This document shows positions 56,375 to 64,000 of a DNA stretch of 64,000 nucleotides, in pieces. Source of the stretch: Lachnospiraceae bacterium (GTDB taxonomy: Bacteria; Bacillota; Clostridia; Lachnospirales; Lachnospiraceae); assembly GCA_014804785.1 (NCBI GenBank), contig JAAUZD010000016.1:49256-113255 (forward strand), in the 5' to 3' direction. Below the pieces are notes generated by a model. That model made no database searches and was not told where the DNA came from. It worked only from the letters and a program-made list of their open reading frames with translations. A program made the translations under genes and the position numbers. How positions within the stretch are numbered: the first letter of the stretch is position 1; each line of letters begins with the position of its first letter.

Positions 56375-57730
56375 ATGGAAAATACAAAGAAAATCAATTT
56401 ATTTGAACAGATGCCCATTCCAAAGGCTGTTATGACATTGGCAGTCCCAACGATTCTCAGTTCTCTGGTCATGGTGATTTATAATCTTGCAGATACTTAT
56501 TTCGTAGGAATGGTAAATGATCCCATTCAAAATGCGGCTGTCACGCTGGCAGCGCCGGTACTGTTGGCCTTCAACGCTGTGAACAACCTGTTCGGCGTGG
56601 GAACTTCCAGTATGATGAGCCGGGCGCTGGGTAAGAAAGACTATGATACCGTATACCGCAGTTCTGCCTTTGGCTTTTATTGCTCTGTGTTCTGTGGTCT
56701 CATGTTCTCTCTTCTCTACACTCTATTTAGCGGACCACTGCTTAGTGTGCTGGGAGCAAGCCCGGAAACGGTTGCCGATACAGCACAATATCTGAAATGG
56801 ACCGTTACTTTTGGTGCAGCGCCTGCCATCCTCAATGTGGTCATGGCGTATCTGGTACGTTCCGAAGGCTCTTCCCTTCATGCCAGCATCGGCTCCATGA
56901 GCGGGTGCCTCCTCAATATCGTTCTGGACCCGATTTTCATCCTTCCCTGGGGACTTAATATGGGGGCTGCGGGTGCTGGTCTTGCTACCTTTATCTCCAA
57001 CTGCGTGGCATGTATTTATTTCTTTGTTCTCCTATTCGTAAAACGGGGAAATACTTATGTATGCATACGCCCTGATATGCTAAAGTTCAGTCAGCATATT
57101 ATTGTGGGTATATGCAGCGTGGGCATACCTGCTGCCATCCAGAATCTTTTGAATGTAACAGGCATGACCGTTCTCAACAACTTTACATCCTCCTACGGTT
57201 CAGATGCCGTAGCCGCCATGGGGATTGCACAGAAAATCAATATGGTACCCCTCTATTTTGCCCTCGGACTCTCTCAAGGCATTATGCCGCTGATCAGCTA
57301 CAGCTATTCTTCCGGCAATATCAAGCGGATGAAGGATACCCTAACATTTACCATAAAGATTTCTTTATCATTTATGATTATAATATCGGCTTTTTATTAC
57401 TTTGGTGCCGGCTTCCTGACATCACTCTTTATGGAAAACACCGCTATCATCGCTTATGGCACCCGGTTCCTTCACGGTCTTTGCATCGGTCTTCCTTTCC
57501 TTTGTATGGACTTTCTTGCCGTGGGCGTCTTTCAAGCATGCGGTATGGGAAAAAAAGCGTTTGTATTTGCACTGCTCAGGAAGATCGTACTGGAAATTCC
57601 TGCCCTCTACATTTTAAACTGGCTGTTTCCTCTTTACGGGCTTGCATATGCACAGTTTACAGCGGAGGTGATTTTGGCTGTCGCGGCAGTGATTACGCTG
57701 CTTGGCATCTTTAAGAAAATAAAAATTTAA
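56375..57730 (+). CDS. MATE family efflux transporter
   Basis: 451 aa, 12 TM. N-terminus PIPKAVMTLAVPTILSSLVMVIYNLADTYFVG. Confidence 0.88.
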   Translation: MENTKKINLFEQMPIPKAVMTLAVPTILSSLVMVIYNLADTYFVGMVNDPIQNAAVTLAAPVLLAFNAVNNLFGVGTSSMMSRALGKKDYDTVYRSSAFGFYCSVFCGLMFSLLYTLFSGPLLSVLGASPETVADTAQYLKWTVTFGAAPAILNVVMAYLVRSEGSSLHASIGSMSGCLLNIVLDPIFILPWGLNMGAAGAGLATFISNCVACIYFFVLLFVKRGNTYVCIRPDMLKFSQHIIVGICSVGIPAAIQNLLNVTGMTVLNNFTSSYGSDAVAAMGIAQKINMVPLYFALGLSQGIMPLISYSYSSGNIKRMKDTLTFTIKISLSFMIIISAFYYFGAGFLTSLFMENTAIIAYGTRFLHGLCIGLPFLCMDFLAVGVFQACGMGKKAFVFALLRKIVLEIPALYILNWLFPLYGLAYAQFTAEVILAVAAVITLLGIFKKIKI

Positions 57731-58371
57731 TCAAACCATGTATCCCAATGCTCAGAATGATAGGCGTCAAAGCACATTTTAATCTGCTCCGCATTATTCT
57801 TTTCCGCGGCTAATGCCGGCAACTCATCCAGTGCAAAATATCTGCTTTCAACCGTTTCAATATTATCTTCAAAGGATCCGCCTATCACGGAGCATAATAC
57901 AAATATTTTACAAACCTTATAAGCATATATGGGCAGATTATGCTTCTCTCTGTCTTGGACAGCAATAATCAAATCAGCGCTTACATCCAATCCTGCCTCT
58001 TCTTTTACTTCCTTAATGGTATTCTCCTTTACAGATACATTGACGTCTACCCAGCCGCCGGGCAAAGACCATGTACCATTTTTTTCCTTTACGAGCAGAA
58101 TCTTATCTTCCTTAAAGATGGCTGCCCTTGTGTCCAGTTTCGGCGTCTGATAACCGATTTCATTGCAGAATAAATCTTTCACCTTTTCAACCGGAATATC
58201 TGATTTAAGGCTGATTATTTCTGCTGCAATCTCCCTTACCCTCTCATACCGTTCAGCATCAAATTCATCTTTTGTATAAAATAAGCCTGCCTGTGCAAGG
58301 CTCTGCAGTTCTACCGCCCACTGCAGCCATTTTTCATTCATGTCCATCTGCATCCTCATTGATTTCATCAA
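57727..58371 (-). CDS. NUDIX hydrolase with a NUDIX-N-terminal helical domain
   Basis: Nudix box GGWVDVNVSVKENTIKEVKEEAGLDV. N-terminal WLQWAVELQSLAQAGLFYTKD. The start overlaps the MBL gene stop by 4 nt. Confidence 0.85.
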   Translation of the reverse strand: MMKSMRMQMDMNEKWLQWAVELQSLAQAGLFYTKDEFDAERYERVREIAAEIISLKSDIPVEKVKDLFCNEIGYQTPKLDTRAAIFKEDKILLVKEKNGTWSLPGGWVDVNVSVKENTIKEVKEEAGLDVSADLIIAVQDREKHNLPIYAYKVCKIFVLCSVIGGSFEDNIETVESRYFALDELPALAAEKNNAEQIKMCFDAYHSEHWDTWFD

Positions 58372-59096
58372 TTAATTTTATCGATTGTAAACGTAATATC
58401 AGAAATTCCGCTGTCATCCTTATAGCTGCTGCAATATGTATCAAATCCTATCGTATTGCATCTGGTACATTCATCCGGATTTAACTGCTCTATATTGCGG
58501 ATATGCGCAAATATGCCTTTTTTAGAATATTCCTGGTTGCTGTGTCCGCACAAATAGGTGTCAAAATCCATCTGTACTACCTTTTGCAGCGTTTCTAAAA
58601 GCTCCTGCATGGAAAGAGAACCATAATTAAACAGCCAAAGCCCCTGGTTTAAAGCATCTCCGGCTATCAAAAGCTTTTCTTCCTTCACAAGCACCCCTAT
58701 GGAACCTTTCGTATGCCCCGGCAGGGAAACAATCTGAACATGCGTATTGCCCAGAGAAATTTCTCTTCCAGATTCTATTTCTTTTAGTTCATAAGCTTTT
58801 TCACCCTGACCCTCAAAATGGCTGATTACATCCCATTCTTCCTTCACGGCATAGACATCGTCAAACCAATGATTTCCTCCAATATGGTCGGGATGCCCGT
58901 GGCTGTTGATCACCATGTAAGGCGTCTCGATTTCTTTTTCCACAAAGGTTCGCAGATTTCTATGCCCAAAACCTGTATCAACTAATATTGCCAGATCTTT
59001 TCCTTTGATTAAAGTGCAATAAACACCGTTATCCTCCGCAATCTGCCAGATATCCTCACGAATCTTTGTATAAGAATATAATTCCTTATTCTCCAT
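58368..59096 (-). CDS. MBL-fold metallo-hydrolase
   Basis: HxHxDH motif (INSHGHPDHIGGN), a later GHTKGS, and CGHS. Confidence 0.85.
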   Translation of the reverse strand: MENKELYSYTKIREDIWQIAEDNGVYCTLIKGKDLAILVDTGFGHRNLRTFVEKEIETPYMVINSHGHPDHIGGNHWFDDVYAVKEEWDVISHFEGQGEKAYELKEIESGREISLGNTHVQIVSLPGHTKGSIGVLVKEEKLLIAGDALNQGLWLFNYGSLSMQELLETLQKVVQMDFDTYLCGHSNQEYSKKGIFAHIRNIEQLNPDECTRCNTIGFDTYCSSYKDDSGISDITFTIDKIN

Positions 59097-59182
59097 ATAT
59101 TTTTCTTCCTTTCACCAGCAAGTATGAAAAACCTATTAACCTCATTATACATACTGCCTGAACTTTTTTCATCCCCATAATT

Positions 59183-59217
59183 TAAAACAGGGACCAGAGT
59201 TTTTACACTCTGATCCC
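59183..59217 (-). terminator. Rho-independent terminator after the repeat lipoprotein gene
   Basis: Stem GGGACCAGAGT (59190-59200) / ACTCTGATCCC (59207-59217), with one G-U pair on the minus strand, followed by a T-rich tract on the minus strand. Confidence 0.6.
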
Positions 59218-59287
59218 CAAAGCAGTGGCAATTCACAACCTTATACTTCACTTGTTTTATAATGCTCGTAGCCAGTTACCTGCCTCA

Positions 59288-62152
59288 TCATTTTTCCACT
59301 GCTTCCGTCTTGATGATGAACTTCACACTGCCATCTACATTTTCCGGAAGTTGTGTAAAGGTATTGTACTCCTTGCCCGCATCAGCCACTGCCTTTAATC
59401 TGTCAATCACATCCTGCACATCATCCCCGAAAAGTTCCGTCAGCTTACTGATTCCTTCCTCATCAAACTCAAACATGCCATTCACCAGGGCAAGGGCGCC
59501 TTCATCCAACGTTCCCATCCCTTCATCCAGCGTCAATACACCATCTTTCAACGTACCTACACCATCCTTGAGAGTTCCTGCGCCATCGTTGAGGGTTCCG
59601 GTTCCCTCTACCAGTTGCTTCGTACCGCTTTTCAGTTCTTCTGTGCCATCCTTTAAAGTTGCCGTTCCGTCCTTTAAAGCGGATGCTCCGTCCTTCAATT
59701 CCCCGGCGCCGCTCTTTAAGGTCGATGTGCCACTCTTTAATTCACTGGTTCCTCCCTTTAACGTGGCTGCTCCCTCTTTCAAATTACCGGCCCCTGCTGC
59801 CAGTTGCCCCGCTCCGCTGTCCAAGGTATCAAGCCCACTTTTTAATTCATTTACTCCGCTATCTAACGCCGCTGCGCCTTGAAGCGCACTCTGTGTTCCC
59901 TCTGCCAAACTTCCTGCTCCCTGTACCAGCATCGTCATCTTTACCGAATTTTCCTGGGAATTCAGAGTTCCTGATATTTCTGCCAATTTCTGGTCCAGAA
60001 TCGCTGCATAAGTAATTGCGGGTCCCCACTTTGCGATAAGCGCATTCTGATCGATAGCATTGGCATCTACAACAGCAATTTGTTCATCAAGGGCTGCAAC
60101 CTGTATGGAATACGCTGTTACTTCCGCCTGACAGGCTGCCACTTCCTCCAACGCACTCTGATAAGCATCTGCTTTCTGCTGTAAATTATCCGTATCTATG
60201 GACTGCACCGATATGGTATCACTTTCCACCACTTCTTTTGTCACTACTCCTGTGCCCGTGACAGTCTGGGTTTCCACATCCGTCATCTCATCAATGACCT
60301 CTCCGCCTTCCCCATCTTCTGATTCTTCTGTCACTACCTTCGTTGTGGTATAAACAGGTGCATCTACCGATACATCCACATAACTTTCTTCTTCATGTGT
60401 TCCTGTTATCACCTCAAATTCCATAGTATCCGCCTGACAGGCTGCCGCCAGTTCTGCCTGTGCCGCTGCAGATCTGCTCTGCGCCTGCGCAAGGTTCCCT
60501 ATGGCAGCGTCCAGATTTTCCTGCATCTGCGCTCTCTGTTGCTGGAGACTTGACAAAATAGCATTATAGGATGCCTCCGCCAATCCATCTCCTTCCATAC
60601 TTGCTTTCTTTATCGATGCATTGAGCAGATAAGAAACCTGCAACAAGGTAGTCGGATTGTTTGGATCAATCCCATCTGCAGAACTGACAGGCGTCCCGAT
60701 ACCTGCTTTTAACACTTCCATCTGCGCTGCCACCTGGTCTACCCCGTCCTTTACAAGGAGCGCACCGTCATTGATACTTTTCGCGCCATTCAAAAGACTT
60801 TCTGTTCCCTCACTCAGCCTTTGTCCTCCGTCTTTTAATGTATGTGTTCCCATCATCAATCCCAAAACACCATTCTGTAACGCTGCTGTTCCATCATATA
60901 GCGCCGAGGCTCCATCGTTCAGCTGCTTTGCTCCATCGTCCAGCTTTCCGGCTCCATCGTATAGCTGCCCAGCTCCGTCGTATAGCTGCCCCGCCCCATC
61001 TATCAGCTGTCCGGCTCCGTTTACCAACTGTCCGGCTCCATCATCTAAGATTCCGGATTTGTCATATAATTCCTGTGTACCATCCTTTAATTCCACCGTG
61101 CCGTCCCACAATTCATCTGTCCCGGCAAGCAGTTCCTGCGTACCTTCCTTTAATTGTCCGCTTCCGTCTTTTAACTCCATGGTTCCATCTTTCAGTTCAT
61201 TTGTTGCTTCCTGCAGTTCATCCATAGAATCATTTAAGTCTGACAGGTCGAAAGAATCCGTCAACTCAATATCTGACAGTATATCGCTCATGGCTACGGT
61301 CATGGTCATTCCCAGTTCAAAGTCCTTTGCATCTGCCACGATCTCAATGTAATCCGGGATTTCCAATTCCTCCAGCCTTTCGCTTTCTTCATCGTCCTTT
61401 AACTTATCCTTTAAATCATCTATATCAATGCTTTCCTTAAGTCCCGGAAAAGCTACACCTATCACTACGCTGTTGTTTCCTTCCGAAAGCAGCCTTGCGT
61501 TGGTCACTTCAATATTGGAAAAAGTGTCCTGAGGCAATATGATGCCGGATATCATTGCAAAAGGAACTTTTATCTCCTGTTCCTTATTGCCGATTATCAC
61601 TGTTTTTGTCTCTTTATTCTCATAGTCCATGCGGATCGTTACCCTGCCGCTTTTTCCTGCAAGTTCTTCCGGCGATATTTCCTGCCCATCCAACTGATAA
61701 GAAATCTTTACTTCCACAGGAACTTCTTTATCCGTAGTACCGCTATAGTAAATATCCGCCCCTTCCGCCTGCCAGATGATGTTGCCGTTTTCATCCGTTT
61801 CAAAGGATTCATATCCCTTCATATTCTGGATATCTGAAAGGTCAGAATAATCCATAAGGCTGTCGCTGCCGTTCCCATTTTTCAGCCAGTCACTGACAAT
61901 GACCTGGGTTACGCTGCCGTTTGCATCCGCAAGCACATAAACCGTCTCTTCCTTCCCCGCTTCACTGCTGTGGGAAGAACTGATCTGGGCATTCAGCACA
62001 CCGCTTAATACCTCTTCCTCATTTTCCTCTGTTATAATCGAAGTCTGTTCTGCCTCCGCCTTTCCGCATCCCGCAAGTCCCAGAACCATCGCTGCACTCA
62101 AAGTAAGACACACAGCCTTTTTTGCAATTCTCTCTTCTCTCATTTTTTTCAT
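59288..62152 (-). CDS. 954-aa lipoprotein with two blocks of x-x-x-Leu-x-x-Gly heptad repeats (YhgE/Pip-like repeat region)
   Basis: Lipoprotein signal AAMVLGLAGC-G. The repeats LKDGTxELKDG / LxDGAGQL occur in two blocks (about aa 300-470 and 745-885). The start overlaps the MMPL stop by 4 nt. Confidence 0.8.
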   Translation of the reverse strand: MKKMREERIAKKAVCLTLSAAMVLGLAGCGKAEAEQTSIITEENEEEVLSGVLNAQISSSHSSEAGKEETVYVLADANGSVTQVIVSDWLKNGNGSDSLMDYSDLSDIQNMKGYESFETDENGNIIWQAEGADIYYSGTTDKEVPVEVKISYQLDGQEISPEELAGKSGRVTIRMDYENKETKTVIIGNKEQEIKVPFAMISGIILPQDTFSNIEVTNARLLSEGNNSVVIGVAFPGLKESIDIDDLKDKLKDDEESERLEELEIPDYIEIVADAKDFELGMTMTVAMSDILSDIELTDSFDLSDLNDSMDELQEATNELKDGTMELKDGSGQLKEGTQELLAGTDELWDGTVELKDGTQELYDKSGILDDGAGQLVNGAGQLIDGAGQLYDGAGQLYDGAGKLDDGAKQLNDGASALYDGTAALQNGVLGLMMGTHTLKDGGQRLSEGTESLLNGAKSINDGALLVKDGVDQVAAQMEVLKAGIGTPVSSADGIDPNNPTTLLQVSYLLNASIKKASMEGDGLAEASYNAILSSLQQQRAQMQENLDAAIGNLAQAQSRSAAAQAELAAACQADTMEFEVITGTHEEESYVDVSVDAPVYTTTKVVTEESEDGEGGEVIDEMTDVETQTVTGTGVVTKEVVESDTISVQSIDTDNLQQKADAYQSALEEVAACQAEVTAYSIQVAALDEQIAVVDANAIDQNALIAKWGPAITYAAILDQKLAEISGTLNSQENSVKMTMLVQGAGSLAEGTQSALQGAAALDSGVNELKSGLDTLDSGAGQLAAGAGNLKEGAATLKGGTSELKSGTSTLKSGAGELKDGASALKDGTATLKDGTEELKSGTKQLVEGTGTLNDGAGTLKDGVGTLKDGVLTLDEGMGTLDEGALALVNGMFEFDEEGISKLTELFGDDVQDVIDRLKAVADAGKEYNTFTQLPENVDGSVKFIIKTEAVEK
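59500..59920 (-). repeat. Coding heptad (21-nt) repeat block 2 inside the lipoprotein gene
   Basis: Translation ...LKSGLDTLDSGAGQLAAGAGNLKEGAATLKGGTSELKSGTSTLKSGAGELKDGASALKDGTATLKDGTEELKSGT... Confidence 0.85.
60745..61255 (-). repeat. Coding heptad (21-nt) repeat block 1 inside the lipoprotein gene
   Basis: Translation ...ELKDGTMELKDGSGQLKEGTQELLAGTDELWDGTVELKDGTQELYDKSGILDDGAGQLVNGAGQLIDGAGQLYDGAGQLYDGAGKLDDGAKQL... Confidence 0.85.
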
Positions 62153-64000
62153 AATGAAACTGCCTCCTGTCCGATACTGCTTTTTTTACCCTTTGCTCCG
62201 CTTCTTATAATAATTCTGTCAAATACCATAAACATGGATGGTAATATGAAAATGACTGATACCATGCTGACCAGTGCTCCCCTTGCCATCAACGTGCAAA
62301 GAGAACTGATCATATCAATATTGGAATATAATCCCACTCCAAAAGTCGCTGCAAAAAAGGACAATGCGCTGACCATAATAGATTTCACACTGCTTTGACA
62401 GGCAATCGTGACTGCTTCCCTCTTCTCTGCTCCGTCATACCTTTCCTTCCTGTATCTTGTAGTCATTAAGATTGCATAGTCCACTGTAGCACCTAATTGA
62501 ATCGTACCGATTACCACAGATGCAATAAAAGGAATCTGCGTCCCTGTATAATAAGGAATTCCCATATTTACAAAGATTGCTGTCTCAATCACCGAAACAA
62601 GAATCACCGGCAAAGGAACCGACCTGAATACCAATAAAATGATGATGAAAATGACCCCAATGGATACCACGCTTACCGTATTGAAATCCTTGTCTGTAAT
62701 TTCAATCAAGTCCTTGGTACAAGGCGCTTCGCCCACCAGCATCCCCTTGCCGTCATAGGATTTACATATGGCGCTCAGCTTCTCACATTGGCTGTTGACC
62801 TCCTTAGAAGCTACTTTGTACTGGGAACCAACGAGCAACAGCTGCCAGTTGTCACTCACAAGGGAACTTTTAAGGGAAGCCGGAATCAGTTCATCCGGAA
62901 TAGCATCCCCTTTGATAGAATTCAGACCAAGCACCCAGTTTACACCGTCAACGGTCTTCATCTCATCCGCCATATGCTTCACATCTTTTGCAGGAAGATC
63001 TGCACTCAGCAGAAGCATATGGGTTGCATTCATATCAAAATTTTCATTCAGTTTTTCATTCGCTATGATGCTGGGCAGATCCTTTGGCAGGGTTTCATCC
63101 AAATTGTAATAGACCTTTGTGTTTTTATACCCAAATATGGCAGGAACCAAGGTAACTATGAACAGGATGATGAACACTCTGTAATGCTTTGTCACAAAAG
63201 CCCCTATTCCTTTCATATCAGGAAGCAATGCCCTATGTTTTGTTTTCACCAGCGCTTTGTCAAATACAAGGATCAAAGAAGGCAGCACCGTGACACATGT
63301 GATTACGCCAAAGATCACTCCTTTCGCCATGACCACGCCCAAGTCCATTCCCAAGGTGAAACTCATGAAGCAAAGGGCTATAAACCCTGCCACTGTCGTC
63401 ATGGAACTGCTCACTACAGCTGTAATCGTTTCACTGATTGCTTTTGCCATCGCATCCTTTTTATCTAGTATTTCCTGCCGGTTCTCCTGATAGCTGTGCC
63501 ACAGGAAAATGGAATAGTCCATGGTTACTCCCAGCTGCAGGACTGCACTCAACGCTTTGGTGATATAAGAAATCTCCCCCATAAAAATATTGCTTCCCAA
63601 GTTATAAACAATCGCCATTCCTATGCTTAAAAGGAAAAGGAAAGGAATCAGAAAAGAATCCATTGTCAGGGACAATACCAAACAAGAAAGAAGGACCGCA
63701 ATACATACATAAATCGGAGCTTCCCTCTCCGAAAGGTTTTTCGTATCGGTTACCACCGCCGACATTCCGCTTAAAAAGCAATTCCTGTCAGCCACCTTTC
63801 TTATATTTTCAATTGCTTCCATGGTTCCATCAGCGGATGTGGTCTCATCAAAGATAATTGCCATCATGGTGGCGTCCCCGTTGTTGAATGCATCATACAC
63901 AGCATCCGGCATCATCTCCATGGGAACAGAAATATCCATGACCGAGTCGTACCAGATGACCTTCTCCACATGTTCTACCTGCTCGATCTCCTGCTTTAAT
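62149..64000 (-). CDS. MMPL/RND-superfamily transporter (5' end beyond the window edge)
   Basis: Two TM bundles separated by a soluble loop, typical of the MMPL family. The reading frame stays open upstream of the GTG at 63969 to position 64000, so the N-terminus is probably outside the window. Confidence 0.8.
   Translation of the reverse strand, partial: LKQEIEQVEHVEKVIWYDSVMDISVPMEMMPDAVYDAFNNGDATMMAIIFDETTSADGTMEAIENIRKVADRNCFLSGMSAVVTDTKNLSEREAPIYVCIAVLLSCLVLSLTMDSFLIPFLFLLSIGMAIVYNLGSNIFMGEISYITKALSAVLQLGVTMDYSIFLWHSYQENRQEILDKKDAMAKAISETITAVVSSSMTTVAGFIALCFMSFTLGMDLGVVMAKGVIFGVITCVTVLPSLILVFDKALVKTKHRALLPDMKGIGAFVTKHYRVFIILFIVTLVPAIFGYKNTKVYYNLDETLPKDLPSIIANEKLNENFDMNATHMLLLSADLPAKDVKHMADEMKTVDGVNWVLGLNSIKGDAIPDELIPASLKSSLVSDNWQLLLVGSQYKVASKEVNSQCEKLSAICKSYDGKGMLVGEAPCTKDLIEITDKDFNTVSVVSIGVIFIIILLVFRSVPLPVILVSVIETAIFVNMGIPYYTGTQIPFIASVVIGTIQLGATVDYAILMTTRYRKERYDGAEKREAVTIACQSSVKSIMVSALSFFAATFGVGLYSNIDMISSLCTLMARGALVSMVSVIFILPSMFMVFDRIIIRSGAKGKKSSIGQEAVSL

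Noticed and set aside
59262-61352. Plus-strand ORFs (206 and 231 aa) with repetitive PSF/APS motifs.
   Set aside because: They are the antisense reading of the heptad-repeat blocks of the lipoprotein gene. Their periodicity is inherited from the sense strand.
1-64000. Scanned for rRNA, tRNA, CRISPR arrays, transposases/integrases, restriction-modification, toxin-antitoxin or other defence genes.
   Set aside because: None recognised. The only tandem repeat (43143-43210) has no spacers, and no nuclease-, RT- or helicase-like ORFs are present. A tRNA or small RNA could still be missed by eye.

Overview
Chromosomal segment of a low-GC Gram-positive bacterium. Protein sequences and gene order suggest Clostridia, possibly Lachnospiraceae-like, but that is an inference. 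The minus strand at 20.0-36.6 kb carries a complete S10-spc-alpha ribosomal-protein supercluster (rpsJ to rplQ, including secY, adk, map, infA, rpmJ, rpoA). The block that normally follows rplQ in Firmicutes (ecfA1-ecfA2-ecfT-truA-rplM-rpsI) lies at 0.2-4.9 kb. About 15 kb of accessory genes (4.9-20.0 kb) separate the two. This accessory block holds an M15 peptidase, a membrane protein and a long LysR-associated operon. The operon encodes two paralogous esterases, an Opp/Dpp-type ABC importer, a beta-propeller lactonase-family protein, an unknown protein, a tentative DAPG/phloretin-hydrolase-family protein and a MATE exporter. The right half (37-64 kb) mixes housekeeping genes (proB, trpS, methyltransferases) with accessory genes. 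These include an 1106-aa TPR/GAF-like GGDEF protein, DUF1015, a ferredoxin-less RACo-like ASKHA protein and two tandem E/K-rich coiled-coil paralogs. It also holds an ABC-2 transporter, a frameshifted MGT-type glycosyltransferase behind an AbrB-like gene, an RsmH paralog, NUDIX and MBL hydrolases, and an MMPL transporter coupled to a 954-aa heptad-repeat lipoprotein. The most unusual non-coding signals are a 317-nt GC-rich near-perfect long hairpin at 44655-44971, a 4 x 17-bp tandem repeat at 43143-43210, and long hairpin-rich leaders in front of rpsJ, rpsM and rplM. I recognised no rRNA, tRNA, CRISPR array, transposase, integrase or obvious defence gene. All family assignments come from reading the translations by eye and need HMM or BLAST confirmation.
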